Below are positions 1-11,953 of a DNA stretch of 64,000 bases, one piece after another (the first letter of the stretch is position 1; each line of letters opens with the position of its first letter). Made by a program: the position numbers and the translations under genes. Source of the DNA: an uncultured Actinomycetota bacterium (GTDB lineage: Bacteria > Actinomycetota > Actinomycetes > JAHEKZ01). The notes beneath the pieces were generated by a model. That model saw only the letters and a program-made list of their open reading frames with translations. It had not been told where the DNA came from and ran no database searches. The stretch is from the NCBI GenBank assembly GCA_963718235.1, contig CAVQYR010000001.1, forward strand, positions 1,120,001 to 1,184,000. Reading direction: 5' to 3'.

Positions 1-110
1 GCGTGGGACCGAGTGGATGTCTCGCGACCGTCGGCGGTACCGGCCGCTAGCGAGGTCATGGTCGCTGCGACGACAAGCGTCGCAGCCGTGAGCGCGGTTC
101 GTCGAAGCAC
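1..110 (-). CDS. Secreted protein, 5' part only (continues off the window)
   Basis: GTG at 110 after a GAGGGGG RBS; reads MLRRTALTAATLVVAATMTSLAAGTADG, a signal-peptide-like sequence. Confidence 0.5.
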   Translation of the reverse strand, partial: MLRRTALTAATLVVAATMTSLAAGTADGRETSTRSH

Positions 111-305
111 AGTGACCCCCTCGCGTCGACCGTTTCGCTGCCGGTTGGCAGCGGTGGCCGAGAGTCCGACCCGATCGCCGTCGTAACCTAAAGTAAGCGT
201 TCGCTCACCGAGCGTCACAGCATACACGAAAGAGCCGGAAAAACGGTAGTGGCGCCTCCGGCGGACGCCTCAGTCCCCGAAACCCGGTCAGCGAGCAGCA
301 TCAAG

Positions 306-320
306 ATCGATCATTCCGAT
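306..320. promoter_or_regulatory. Putative LysR-type binding site (ATC-N9-GAT)
   Basis: ATCGATCATTCCGAT in an AT-rich patch upstream of an operon that ends in a LysR gene. Confidence 0.45.
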
Positions 321-462
321 TTTAATGTCCGATAACATCTGTTGGACTTCTGACCCAGCCGCACCCAGGATCGGGCCTGACCGACCGCCCCGCTGACCGA
401 CGAAGGATGCCTATGACCCGCACCGGCGAGGAGTCCAGCGCGCGCCTTCGTCACGGCCGCCG

Positions 463-885
463 ATGAAGCACCGCCGCATCCGCCCGTTCAACACCCGCGA
501 GACGTATCCCGAGCAGCGTCTCGACAACGACCTGTGTCAGGCCGTGGTGGCCGCGGGCACCGTCTACCTTCGCGGGCAGATCGGGCAGGATCTCGACACC
601 CGTGAGTCGGTCGGGGTCGGTGACGTCGAGGCTCAGGCCGAGCGGGCCATGGCCAACGTCGCGTTGTTGCTCGACGAGTGTGGCTCCAGCCTGGAGGACG
701 TCGTCAAGGTCGTCGTGTACCTCACCGACATCCGTTTCCGCGAGCCCGTCTACCGAGTGATGGGTCGCTGGCTCAAAGGGGTCTTCCCGGTCTCGACCGG
801 TCTGGTCGTCAGTGCGTTGGCCCGCCCGGAGTGGCTGGTCGAGATCGACGTGACCGCGGTCGTGTCGGAGCCGGCCCAGTCGTGA
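463..885 (+). CDS. RidA/YjgF family protein (HinL-like)
   Basis: VYLRGQIG ... PVSTGLVVSALARPEWLVEIDVTA RidA signature. Confidence 0.9.
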   Translation: MKHRRIRPFNTRETYPEQRLDNDLCQAVVAAGTVYLRGQIGQDLDTRESVGVGDVEAQAERAMANVALLLDECGSSLEDVVKVVVYLTDIRFREPVYRVMGRWLKGVFPVSTGLVVSALARPEWLVEIDVTAVVSEPAQS

Positions 886-1574
886 CGTTCAGCGTCGTCG
901 GCCGCTGCGCCATCACCGGTGCGATGGGGGTGGCGATCTCGTCGTCGTCGCCCGCTGTGGCGGCCCGCTGCGCCTGGGTGCGCGGGGGAGCAGGTGCTGT
1001 CACCACGCAGAACGTGACCGACCCGCGACTTGGCCCCGCCCTGCTCGACGCGCTGGAGCGCGGTGAGGACGCAGAGACAGCAGTGGCCGGCGTCGTGGCC
1101 CGGCAACCGCAGGAGGTCGTCGCGTGGCGCCAGCTCACGGCCGTCGACCGTCACGGACGAACCGCGGCCTGGACGGGACGGCAGGCCCTCGGCTTGCATG
1201 CCGAGGTCGTGCGCAGCGGTGTGGTGGTCGCGGGCAACCTGCTCGCGTCCCCGGCCGTGCTCGACGCCGCGGCCGAAGCGTTCGACGCCGACCACACCCT
1301 TCCGCTGGGTGCCCGACTCATCGCCGGCCTGGCCGCTGCGCTGTCGGCCGGTGGCGAGGCCGGCCCGGTCCGCTCGGCGGGGATGCTGATCGCCGACGCC
1401 GACCCGACCTACACGTGGCCGACCACGGACCTGCGGGTCGACTGGCACGACCAGCCGGTCACCGAGCTCGCCCGGCTCTGGACGGTCTGGGAGCCCCAGG
1501 CAGCTGCCTACCTGACCCGAGCCGTGGCCCCGGGCACCTCGCCGAGCTATGGAGTGCCGGGGGACCAGAGGTGA
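882..1574 (+). CDS. DUF1028 family Ntn-hydrolase-like protein (HinH-like)
   Basis: N-terminus TFSVVGRC..TGAMGVAISS; AGNLL, GGEAGPVRSAG, DLRVDWHDQP; GTGA overlap with the RidA stop. Confidence 0.85.
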   Translation: MTFSVVGRCAITGAMGVAISSSSPAVAARCAWVRGGAGAVTTQNVTDPRLGPALLDALERGEDAETAVAGVVARQPQEVVAWRQLTAVDRHGRTAAWTGRQALGLHAEVVRSGVVVAGNLLASPAVLDAAAEAFDADHTLPLGARLIAGLAAALSAGGEAGPVRSAGMLIADADPTYTWPTTDLRVDWHDQPVTELARLWTVWEPQAAAYLTRAVAPGTSPSYGVPGDQR

Positions 1575-2761
1575 GCGCTGGTCCGGGCCTGCGCGCGCAC
1601 ATCCGTTCGGACGTCGACCGTCGTCGCCCGCGGCTGCTGGACCTCAGCCACCGCATCCACGGGCACCCGGAGGTGGCGTGGGAGGAGGTGCGCGCCAGTG
1701 AGTGGGTCGGGCAGGCGATGGCTGAGGGCGGGTTCGAGGTGACACCCGGTGCCTATGGCCTGCCGACCGCCGTCGAGGCGGTGCGGGGGGCTGGCCCCCT
1801 GACGATCGTGCTCTGTGCCGAGTACGACGCCCTCCCGGGAGTGGGGCATGCATGCGGACACAACGTCATCGCGGCATCGTCGGTCGGAGCAGCACTGGCG
1901 TTGGGAACGGTCGCCGACGACCTCGGGCTGCGCGTGGTGCTGCTGGGAACGCCGGCTGAAGAAGGAGGAGGGGGCAAGATCGAGCTGCTCGCTCGCGGTG
2001 CGTTCGAGCACGCCCACCTGGCGCTGATGGCCCACCCCGGCCCGGTCGACGTTGCCCGAGCCGAGGCCTTCGCCGTCTCGCACGTCCAGGTCACCTACGA
2101 CGGGAAAGCTGCGCATGCGGCTGCCTATCCCGAGGCGGGCGTGAACGCCGCTGACGCGTTTACCGTGGCGCAGGTGGCACTGGGGCTGTTGCGTCAGCAG
2201 CTACCGGCTGACGCACGCGTGCACGGGGTCGTCACGCACGGTGGCGACGCCCCGAACATCATCCCCGCCCGCACGCAGGGTCGCTGGTACGTGCGCGGAG
2301 CGACGACGACACAGCTGATCGAGGTGGAACAGCGTGCCCGGAAGTGCTTCGAGGCGGGTGCCTTGGCGACGGGGTGCCGCTTGACCGTGACTCCGGAGAG
2401 CCCTTCCTATGCCGAGTTCACCAACGACACCGATGTGTTGGCGTACTACGTGGCCAACGCCCAGGAGCTCGGACGGACCTTCGCCGCCGTTGACGACCCG
2501 GCGGGCCGGATGAACCGGGCCAGCACCGACATGGGCAACGTGTCCCAGGTGGTGCCCGCGATCCACCCCTACATCGGGATCGACTCCCTTCCGGCGGTCA
2601 ACCATCAGCCGGAGTTCGCGCTGGCGGCCGGCTCCCCGGCGGCCGACGTAGCCGTCCTCGACGCAGCGACTGCCCTGGCCTGGACCGTGGCTGATGTCGC
2701 TGCTGATCCCCGACAACGTGAGCGACTGCTCCCCGGACCAGCAAGGGGCGACGATGCGTGA
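1571..2761 (+). CDS. M20 family amidohydrolase
   Basis: AEYDALPGVGHACGHN, GTPAEEGGGGK, GKAAHAAAYP, STDMGNVS motifs. Confidence 0.9.
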   Translation: MSAGPGLRAHIRSDVDRRRPRLLDLSHRIHGHPEVAWEEVRASEWVGQAMAEGGFEVTPGAYGLPTAVEAVRGAGPLTIVLCAEYDALPGVGHACGHNVIAASSVGAALALGTVADDLGLRVVLLGTPAEEGGGGKIELLARGAFEHAHLALMAHPGPVDVARAEAFAVSHVQVTYDGKAAHAAAYPEAGVNAADAFTVAQVALGLLRQQLPADARVHGVVTHGGDAPNIIPARTQGRWYVRGATTTQLIEVEQRARKCFEAGALATGCRLTVTPESPSYAEFTNDTDVLAYYVANAQELGRTFAAVDDPAGRMNRASTDMGNVSQVVPAIHPYIGIDSLPAVNHQPEFALAAGSPAADVAVLDAATALAWTVADVAADPRQRERLLPGPARGDDA

Positions 2762-4841
2762 GCCGCGCTACGACATCCTGTTCGAGCCCGTCCAGATGGG
2801 CCCGGTCACAGCACCGAACCGCTTCTTCCAGGTACCGCACTGCAACGGCATGGGCTACCGCGACGTCACCGCACTCGCCACGATGCGAGGCGTCAAGGCC
2901 GAAGGTGGGTGGGGAGTCGTCTGCACCGAGCAGGTGGAGCTCCACTACTCGTCGGACATCACACCGTTCATCGAGCTGCGCCTGTGGGACGACCAGGACA
3001 TCCCGGCGCTGGCGCGGATGGCCGAGCGCATCCATGAGCACGGTGCGCTCGCCGGACTCGAGCTCACCTACAACGGGATGAACGGTCCGAACCTCTACAG
3101 CCGTGAGGCACCGATGGGTCCGGCGCATCTGCCGGTGGCCACCTGGTCGCTGGACCCGGTCCAGGCCCGGGCCATGACCAAGCAGGACATCGTCGACCTG
3201 CGTCGCTGGCACAAAGCCGCGGTGGGTCGTGCGCTGCAGGCTGACTACGACATCGTGTACGTGTACGCCGGGCATGCGCTGGGCGGCATCCACCACTTCC
3301 TGAGCCCACGGTTCAACCAGCGCACCGACGAGTACGGCGGCAGCACCGTCAACCGGATGCGCCTGTTGCGCGAGATTCTCGAGGACACCCGTGAGGCGTG
3401 CGACGGTCGGGCAGCTGTGGCGTGCCGGATCACGATCGACGAGCTGCTCGGCGACGGTGGGATCGACCGGGCCGAGATCGAGCACGTGATCGGCGAGCTG
3501 TCCGAGCACCCCGACGTGTGGGACTTCGTCCTCGGCTCGTGGGAGGACGACTCGGTGACCTCCCGGTTCGGTCCCGAGGCCAGCCAGGAGGAGTACGTCA
3601 AAGGCCTGAAACAGCTGACGACCCGACCGGTGGTCGGCGTGGGTCGCTTCACCTCGCCCGACACGATGGTCCGCCAGGTGAAACAAGGGATCCTCGACCT
3701 GATCGGTGCTGCTCGCCCGTCGATCGCCGACCCCTTCCTTCCGCGCAAGATCGAGGAGGGTCGGCTCGAGGAGATCCGCGAGTGCATCGGCTGCAACATC
3801 TGCGTCTCCGGCGACTTCACCATGTCGCCGATCCGCTGCACGCAGAACCCGACGATGGGAGAGGAGTGGCGGCGCGGCTGGCACCCGGAGCGGATCCAGG
3901 TGCGAGGTTCGCAGTCGTCGGTGCTGGTGGTGGGGGCTGGCCCGTCCGGCCTGGAGGCAGCGCGCGCACTCGGGCACCGCGGCTACGACGTCACGCTCAC
4001 CGAGGCCACGCGACAGCTCGGTGGTCGGGTGTGGCGCGAGTCACGACTTCCGGGACTGGCCGCCTGGGTGCGGGTGCTCGACTACCGGGAGCGGCAGATC
4101 CGCTCGCTGAAGAACGTCGAGGTGGCGCTGGAGTCGGTCATGACGGCCGACGACGTCGTCGGCAGCGGGTTCGAGCACGTGGTGGTTGCGACCGGGGCGC
4201 GGTGGAGAAGCGACGGCGTCGGCCGGTGGCACCTGACTCCTGTTCCCGTCGAGGGGTCGGCGTCCGTGCTCACTCCCGACGACCTCATGTCCGGGTCCCG
4301 CCCGGCGGGTAGCCGGGTGGTCGTGTTCGACGACGACCACTACTACATGGGTGGCGTCCTCGCCGAGCTGTTGGCCGGCGAGGGCTACGAGGTGCACCTG
4401 GTGACCCCGGCGGCCCAGGTGTCGAGCTGGACCAACAACACCCTCGAGATCATCCGGATCCAGCAGCGGGTGCTGGGTGCCGGAGTTCACGTGCGCACCG
4501 CTCGGGTCCTGACCGCCGTCGCACCGGGAGAGGTCACGATCGCCTGCGCCTACACCGGCCGCGAGGAGGCGATGGCGGCCGACGCGGTGGTGATGGTCAC
4601 CGCCCGGCTGCCGCGCGAGGAGCTGCTGCACGAGCTGACGGCGCGCGGCACGGAGTGGGAGAGCGGCGGGCTACTGAGTGTGCGCGCGATCGGTGACGCG
4701 TTCGCCCCTGCCACCATCGCTGCTGCCGTCTACGAGGGCCACAAGTACGCCGAGGAGCTGGACGGACCGCCGCGCACGGGAGACGTCGTCCCGTTCCGCC
4801 GCGAGGTGACCGCCTTGGCGCCGCACGGAGACCCCGCATGA
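2754..4841 (+). CDS. Histamine dehydrogenase-like flavoprotein (trimethylamine dehydrogenase family; covalent FMN, 4Fe-4S)
   Basis: QVPHCNGMG (Cys-FMN site), CIGCNICVSG..C cluster motif, GAGPSG nucleotide-binding motif; strongly resembles Nocardioides simplex histamine dehydrogenase as recalled. Confidence 0.85.
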   Translation: MREPRYDILFEPVQMGPVTAPNRFFQVPHCNGMGYRDVTALATMRGVKAEGGWGVVCTEQVELHYSSDITPFIELRLWDDQDIPALARMAERIHEHGALAGLELTYNGMNGPNLYSREAPMGPAHLPVATWSLDPVQARAMTKQDIVDLRRWHKAAVGRALQADYDIVYVYAGHALGGIHHFLSPRFNQRTDEYGGSTVNRMRLLREILEDTREACDGRAAVACRITIDELLGDGGIDRAEIEHVIGELSEHPDVWDFVLGSWEDDSVTSRFGPEASQEEYVKGLKQLTTRPVVGVGRFTSPDTMVRQVKQGILDLIGAARPSIADPFLPRKIEEGRLEEIRECIGCNICVSGDFTMSPIRCTQNPTMGEEWRRGWHPERIQVRGSQSSVLVVGAGPSGLEAARALGHRGYDVTLTEATRQLGGRVWRESRLPGLAAWVRVLDYRERQIRSLKNVEVALESVMTADDVVGSGFEHVVVATGARWRSDGVGRWHLTPVPVEGSASVLTPDDLMSGSRPAGSRVVVFDDDHYYMGGVLAELLAGEGYEVHLVTPAAQVSSWTNNTLEIIRIQQRVLGAGVHVRTARVLTAVAPGEVTIACAYTGREEAMAADAVVMVTARLPREELLHELTARGTEWESGGLLSVRAIGDAFAPATIAAAVYEGHKYAEELDGPPRTGDVVPFRREVTALAPHGDPA

Positions 4842-4920
4842 CTGGAGCTGCCAGCCCAGCGTCACCGACCAGCGTCGATGGGGCGCCCTGTCGCCGAGCC
4901 TCTGCCCCGAGGAGAAGAAC

Positions 4921-6412
4921 ATGCCTGAGACCCGTACCCGTGACGACTGGCAGCGGCAGGCACACGGTCTGCCGTTGCGAGGTGCCGCCTACATCGACGG
5001 GGCGCCGGTCGAGGCGGTGTCTGGGGCGACCTTCGACAACTTCAGCCCGACCACGGGCGAGGTGCTCAACCAGGTGGCCTCGACGGACACGGCCGACGTG
5101 GATCGCGCCGTCGCGGCGGCGCGGGCAGCCTTCGTCCGTGGCGACTGGGCGCACAGCTCACCAGGCGAGCGCAAGGAGGTGCTGCTGCGACTGGCCCAGC
5201 TGATCCGTGACAACGCGGACGAGCTGGCCCTGCTCGAGTGCCTGGACATGGGTAAGCCGATCACCGACGCACTGACTGGTGATGTTCCGGGGGCGGCCGC
5301 GGTATGGCAGTGGCACGCCGAGGCGATCGACAAGGTCTACGACGAGGTGGCTCCCACGGGTCGGGGCGACTTGGCGCTGGTGCGCCGCGAGCCGCTCGGC
5401 GTCGTGGCGGCAGTCGTGCCGTGGAACTTCCCCCTGGACATGGCTGCCTGGAAGTGCGCACCTGCGCTCGCCACCGGGAACTCGGTCATCCTCAAGCCCG
5501 CGGAGCAGTCGCCGCTGTCGGCGCTGCGACTGGCCGAGCTGGCCACGGAGGCCGGCGTGCCCGATGGTGTCCTGAACGTCCTTCCGGGCTTCGGCGAGAC
5601 GGCCGGCGCAGGCACTCGGGCGCCACTTGGACGTCGACTGCCTGGCGTTCACCGGGTCGACCGAGGTCGGCAAGTACTTCTTGAGGTACTCGGCGGAGTC
5701 CAACGCCAAGCAGGTCTGGCTCGAGCTCGGTGGCAAAAGCCCGAACCTGGTGTTCGCCGACGCCGGCCCGTTGGAGGAGGTCGCCGCCAAGGCGGCGTTC
5801 GGCATCTTCTTCAACCAGGGGGAGGTCTGCTCGGCCAACTCCCGCCTGCTCGTGGACCGCACGGTCAAGGACGAGCTGCTCGAGCTGCTGGTCGAGCAGG
5901 CCGCGTCGATGGCCCCAGGTCACCCGCTCGACCCGCAGACCGCGATGGGTGCGCTGGTGACCAGGGAGCACACCGACCAGGTCATGCGCTTCGTGGAGTC
6001 CGGGCGCGCGTCAGCCCGACTGGTCACCGGCGGGGAGAGGCTGACCCTGTCGAGCGACTGCTACGTCACTCCCACCATCTTTGACGACGTGACGCCCGAC
6101 CACGAGATCGGGCGCGACGAGATCTTCGGCCCCGTGCTGTCGGTGATGTCGTTCGACGACGATGCCGAGGCGGTCGCCGTCGCCAACGACAGCCGCTTCG
6201 GACTGGCGGCCTCGGTGTGGACCTCAGACCTGTCGCGAGCGCTGCGGGTGTCCGAGCAGCTGCACGTCGGAACCGTCTCGGTCAACACCGTCGACGCCCT
6301 GAGCCCGATGACCCCGTTCGGCGGGTTCAAGCAGTCGGGCATGGGCCGTGACCTGTCTCTGCACTCGTTCGACAAGTACACGGGCCTGAAGACGACCTGG
6401 ATCAGGTACTGA
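4921..6412 (+). pseudogene. Aldehyde dehydrogenase (PuuC-like) split by a +1 frameshift near 5605
   Basis: ORF 4921 carries PWNFP and KPAEQSP; ORF 5627 carries FTGST, LELGGK, GEVCSA, EIFGPV; removing one base restores GETAGQALGRH. Confidence 0.8.
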
Positions 6413-6439
6413 CATGAACGACCTCGACGCGGGGCGCAT

Positions 6440-7399
6440 GTGACCGCCGGCGCTGACCGTGGTTCGGGCACCGCCCGCTACACCCTGCGCCAGCTGGAGT
6501 ACTTCGTCGCAGTCGCCGAGTCCGGAACGGTCACTGCCGCCGCCGACCGGGTCCACCTGTCGCAGTCCGCGATGTCGACCGCGCTGGCCGATCTGGAACG
6601 GGCGCTCGGGGTGCAGCTGCTCGTGCGCCATCATGCCCGCGGCGTCACGCTGACACCGGCCGGTGAGGAGCTGCTGATCCGTGCGCGCGAGCTGCTACGC
6701 CAGGCCGAGGACCTCGACAGTGCGGCACACGCCCTGGGCGAGGCTCTGGTCGGTCGCGTGCGCCTCGGCTGCTTCTCCATCTTGTCGCCGTACCTGCTGC
6801 CGCCGCTGCTGGCGGCCGTCGACGAGCGGCTGCCCGGCCTCGAGGTCGAGCCGGTCGAGGAGTCACTCGACGGGCTGGGGGCCGGTCTGCGCGAAGGACG
6901 GTTCGAGCTGGCCCTGACGTACGACCTGGGCCTCGGTACCGGTTTCGAGTGCGAGCCGTTGCTGGAGGTCCGACCGCACGCTCTGCTGCCCGCCGACCAT
7001 CGGTTCGCCGCCCAGCCCTCGGTACGCCTCGAGGAGCTGGCGGACGAACCCTTCGTCCTGCTCGACCTTCCGCACAGCCGCGACTACTTCACGGCCGCCT
7101 TCGGCGCCGCCGGAGTCACGCCCCGGATCCGGTACCGCACCCGTAGCGCGGAGACGGCCCGGGCCCTGGTCGCGCGGGGCCTCGGCTGGAGCCTGCTCAA
7201 CCTGCGGCCGGCCACCGACGAGTCCGTTGAAGGACGGCCGGTGGTCGCCCGTCCCCTCTCCGACCCAGTTCCCGCGCTCACCGTCGTGCTCGCGCTTGCG
7301 GTCGGCTCCCGGCCGACCCGACGTGCGCAGGCACTGGCCGATCTGGCGCGGGAGGTGCTGACGCCACCGATGCTGCAGGCCGACGGCGACCAGCGGTAG
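6440..7399 (+). CDS. LysR family transcriptional regulator
   Basis: TLRQLEYFVAVAESG HTH plus substrate-binding domain. Confidence 0.95.
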   Translation: MTAGADRGSGTARYTLRQLEYFVAVAESGTVTAAADRVHLSQSAMSTALADLERALGVQLLVRHHARGVTLTPAGEELLIRARELLRQAEDLDSAAHALGEALVGRVRLGCFSILSPYLLPPLLAAVDERLPGLEVEPVEESLDGLGAGLREGRFELALTYDLGLGTGFECEPLLEVRPHALLPADHRFAAQPSVRLEELADEPFVLLDLPHSRDYFTAAFGAAGVTPRIRYRTRSAETARALVARGLGWSLLNLRPATDESVEGRPVVARPLSDPVPALTVVLALAVGSRPTRRAQALADLAREVLTPPMLQADGDQR

Positions 7400-7439
7400 T
7401 TCCCAGGGACCCGGCCAGGGACCTGACCCGCGGCCGCCG

Positions 7440-8465
7440 TCAGGGTGCCGCGGGCTGGTGCTGGGTGATGCAGTGCACGCCTCCGCCGTTGCGGAAGATC
7501 GGACGAGCGTCGACCATCACGATCCGGCGGGAGGGGAACAGGCCCTGGATCTGGTCGCGTGCCCGCGCATCGGACTCGGCGTCGCCGAAGGAGCACATCA
7601 CGATGCCGTCGTTCACGAACGAGAAGTTGATGTAGCTGTGGTCGATGGCGACGCCGTCCTCGATGGTGGTCTCGGGAGCGTCGATGGTGATGAGCTCGAG
7701 CGCGCGGCCTCTGGCGTCGGTGGCCTCCCGAAGCCGTGCCACGTTCTCCTCCATCACCGCATGGTCGTAGTGCTTGGGGTCGGGCTGCCCATGGACGACG
7801 ACCACTCCCGGTCGCACGAAGGCCGCGAGCACGTCGACGTGCCCGTTGGTCCCGATGCCTGGCCGGAACTCCTGCATGTCTCCCATCAGGCCGCGTACCA
7901 GCCAGATGACCTTGGTCACCCCGATCGTTCGCTCCAGCTCGGCCTCGACGTCAGCCTTCGACCAGCCGGGGTTCCGCCCGTCGTGCAGCTGCACCGTCTC
8001 GGTCACGAGGACGGTGCCTTCGCCGTCGACGTGGATCCCCCCACCCTCGTTCACCAGTGGGCTTGACACGAGTCTGGTGCCGGCGACCTCCGCAACGAAG
8101 GAGGCAACCTGGGCGTCGAGATCGGAGGCAACCAGGTTGGAGCCCCACCCGTTGAAGACCCAGTCGACCGCGTGGGGGACGCCCGCGTCGTCGAACACGA
8201 ACGTCGGTCCGTTGTCCCGCAGCCAGCCGTCGTTGAGCTCCGCATTGAGCAGGGTGACGCGTGGGTCGAGAAGGCTGCGCGCCTGTGCCAGGGAGTCCGG
8301 CGTCGCGAGCACCGTGACGGGCTCGAACTCGGCCACTGCGTTCGCGACGCTAGCCCATGCCGGCGCCACGTCATCCCCACTGCCCTGCACCGGGCCGCCG
8401 ATGGGTGGCCAGGACATCCAGGTGCGCAGATGAGGGACCCACTCGGCGGGCATGCGGTAGGTCAT
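7440..8465 (-). CDS. aguA: Agmatine deiminase family protein
   Basis: RMPAEW, WLRDNGP, EGGGIHVDGEG, GHVD, GGGVHCITQ. Confidence 0.9.
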   Translation of the reverse strand: MTYRMPAEWVPHLRTWMSWPPIGGPVQGSGDDVAPAWASVANAVAEFEPVTVLATPDSLAQARSLLDPRVTLLNAELNDGWLRDNGPTFVFDDAGVPHAVDWVFNGWGSNLVASDLDAQVASFVAEVAGTRLVSSPLVNEGGGIHVDGEGTVLVTETVQLHDGRNPGWSKADVEAELERTIGVTKVIWLVRGLMGDMQEFRPGIGTNGHVDVLAAFVRPGVVVVHGQPDPKHYDHAVMEENVARLREATDARGRALELITIDAPETTIEDGVAIDHSYINFSFVNDGIVMCSFGDAESDARARDQIQGLFPSRRIVMVDARPIFRNGGGVHCITQHQPAAP

Positions 8466-8668
8466 GGACTACCTCCGTGTCACGAGGAGCCGATCCTGAC
8501 ACGCGGCGAGGGAGGGTGCCAGTGCGGTGCTCGGTGCGCGTCGCTGCGCGCTGTGCCCCCATGTGCACAGCCAGGCTGGGTGAAGGCCATCCACAGCCCC
8601 GATGACAACTGCACGACCGGGGATGGATGAAAGCGAGGGTGGGCCGTCCGCTCGGCGAAAGGCAGCCC

Positions 8669-9157
8669 ATGAACGAGATCACCGTCAGCGTGGTAGGCAA
8701 CGTCGCAGGCGACGTCGTGTTCCGGAAGGTCGGCAACGGCATCTCGCGTTCGTCCTTCCGGCTGGCCTCCTCGACCCGGTTCTACGACAAGGTCCGACGT
8801 GAGTGGGCCGACGGCCCCACGACCTGGTTCACCGTCGTCTGCTTCCGCGTGTGCGCGGAGAACGTCTCGTCTTCGCTCAGCAAAGGTGATCCGGTCGTGG
8901 TCACCGGCCAACTGGCCGTCCGGGAGTGGGAGAAGGAAGGCCGGCGGGGTACAACCCTGGTAATCGAGGCCAAGCACCTCGGCCACGACCTGTCCCGAGG
9001 CTCGTCGGCGTTCAAACGGCGGGTACGCGCTGCGGGAGGCCACGACACCGAGGAGGCGCCGAAGGCGGTCGAGGTCGCGCCGACGGCCGGGTCGACCGCA
9101 GGTGAGAAGACCCCTGAGCCTGACGTCAGCACGCGGGACGCCGGTCGGGCTGCGTGA
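8669..9157 (+). CDS. ssb: Single-stranded DNA-binding protein (SsbB type)
   Basis: OB-fold VVGNVA ... FRLASS ... KGDPVVVTG; conserved position upstream of ettA. Confidence 0.9.
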   Translation: MNEITVSVVGNVAGDVVFRKVGNGISRSSFRLASSTRFYDKVRREWADGPTTWFTVVCFRVCAENVSSSLSKGDPVVVTGQLAVREWEKEGRRGTTLVIEAKHLGHDLSRGSSAFKRRVRAAGGHDTEEAPKAVEVAPTAGSTAGEKTPEPDVSTRDAGRAA

Positions 9158-9181
9158 GGTGGACCCAACTAGGCTTCGCCC

Positions 9182-10852
<1,671 letters not shown>

Positions 10853-10858
10853 CCCGTC

Positions 10859-11275
10859 GTGGCCCGCCATCGGTACGAGTGCTCGCTGCGCTGGTCCGAC
10901 ATGGATGCCTACGGGCACGTCAACAACGTCGTCTTCCTGACCTACCTGGAAGAGGCGCGGGTCGACATGCTCTTCGTGCACGCCGGCAACGACGCGGCAA
11001 CGGAGAAGCTCGCCTCGGGCATCGTGGTCGCGCGCCACGAGATCGACTACAAGGCCCCACTGGTGTTCCGGCCGGAGCCGGTGCCGATCGAGGTGTGGGT
11101 CGAGAAGCTGGGCAACGCGTCGTTCACCCTGGCCTACGAGGTCAAGGACGACGACGGCACGGTCTACGTGCGGGCCTCCAGCGTGATGGTCCCCTACGAC
11201 GTCCAGGCGGGCCGACCGCGTCGGGTGTCCGACGTCGAGCGTGAGGCCTTGCAGCGGTTCCTCGTGCCGGCATGA
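10859..11275 (+). CDS. Acyl-CoA thioesterase (hotdog fold)
   Basis: RWSDMDAYGHVNN motif. Confidence 0.9.
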   Translation: MARHRYECSLRWSDMDAYGHVNNVVFLTYLEEARVDMLFVHAGNDAATEKLASGIVVARHEIDYKAPLVFRPEPVPIEVWVEKLGNASFTLAYEVKDDDGTVYVRASSVMVPYDVQAGRPRRVSDVEREALQRFLVPA

Positions 11276-11898
11276 CCGAAGTCGCGCTCGCGGCGGGGGA
11301 GTCGCCCGGCCTCGCCGACTACCTGGACCGGCTGACCGGGCTGGACCACCGGGCGGCCGTACGCCTCCAGGCTTCGTCGTCGGTGCTGGGCGTGTGGAGC
11401 GGCCCACCCTTCGAGGCGGTCGCGCTGCGGCCGGTCGCCCTGGCCGAGCCGGCCACCTTCGACGTCACGGTCTCTGCCCAACGGTTGCGGGACCGGCTGT
11501 CTGATGCCGGAGCCATCGAGCTGCCGGGCCCGGTGCCCGGCCCGTCGTGGGTGGGGCTGCTGCCGCCGCGTTCCGGGTGGGAGGAGCGGGCCCGCGGGCA
11601 GGTCGGCTACCTCCGCGAGGCGGTGGACACGGCCAAGCACTTCTTCCGGCAGCGGGCAGAGGGGGTGACCGAACGCACGCGACTCGACTCGATCGCCGCC
11701 GACGTCTGGGAGCGCGCCTGCCTGGGTGAGGTGCCGGTGCGCGCCGCCCACGCGGCCGAGGCGCTGGGCCTGCTCGGTCCGGCCGACGGAGAAGTCGTGG
11801 CCTGGTCGGCCACCGGCTGGGTCCGGCTGTCCGCTCCCGGGGGCAGCGTCGCCGTCCGCCGTGAGCCGGTTCCCGGCCTGTCGCTCCTGTTCCCCTGA
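11272..11898 (+). CDS. Conserved actinobacterial hypothetical protein (Rv2474c-like)
   Basis: AAVRL and LLPPRSGW motifs; syntenic after the thioesterase. Confidence 0.75.
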   Translation: MTEVALAAGESPGLADYLDRLTGLDHRAAVRLQASSSVLGVWSGPPFEAVALRPVALAEPATFDVTVSAQRLRDRLSDAGAIELPGPVPGPSWVGLLPPRSGWEERARGQVGYLREAVDTAKHFFRQRAEGVTERTRLDSIAADVWERACLGEVPVRAAHAAEALGLLGPADGEVVAWSATGWVRLSAPGGSVAVRREPVPGLSLLFP

Positions 11899-11953
11899 CC
11901 TCTTCTGCTGAGACAAAGTGCCCCCTGGGGGCCCGCGATCTCAGCAAGACCGG

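Noticed and set aside
8560-8600. DnaA-box-like sequences upstream of ssb
   Set aside because: They have multiple mismatches to TTATCCACA, so the call is not supportable.
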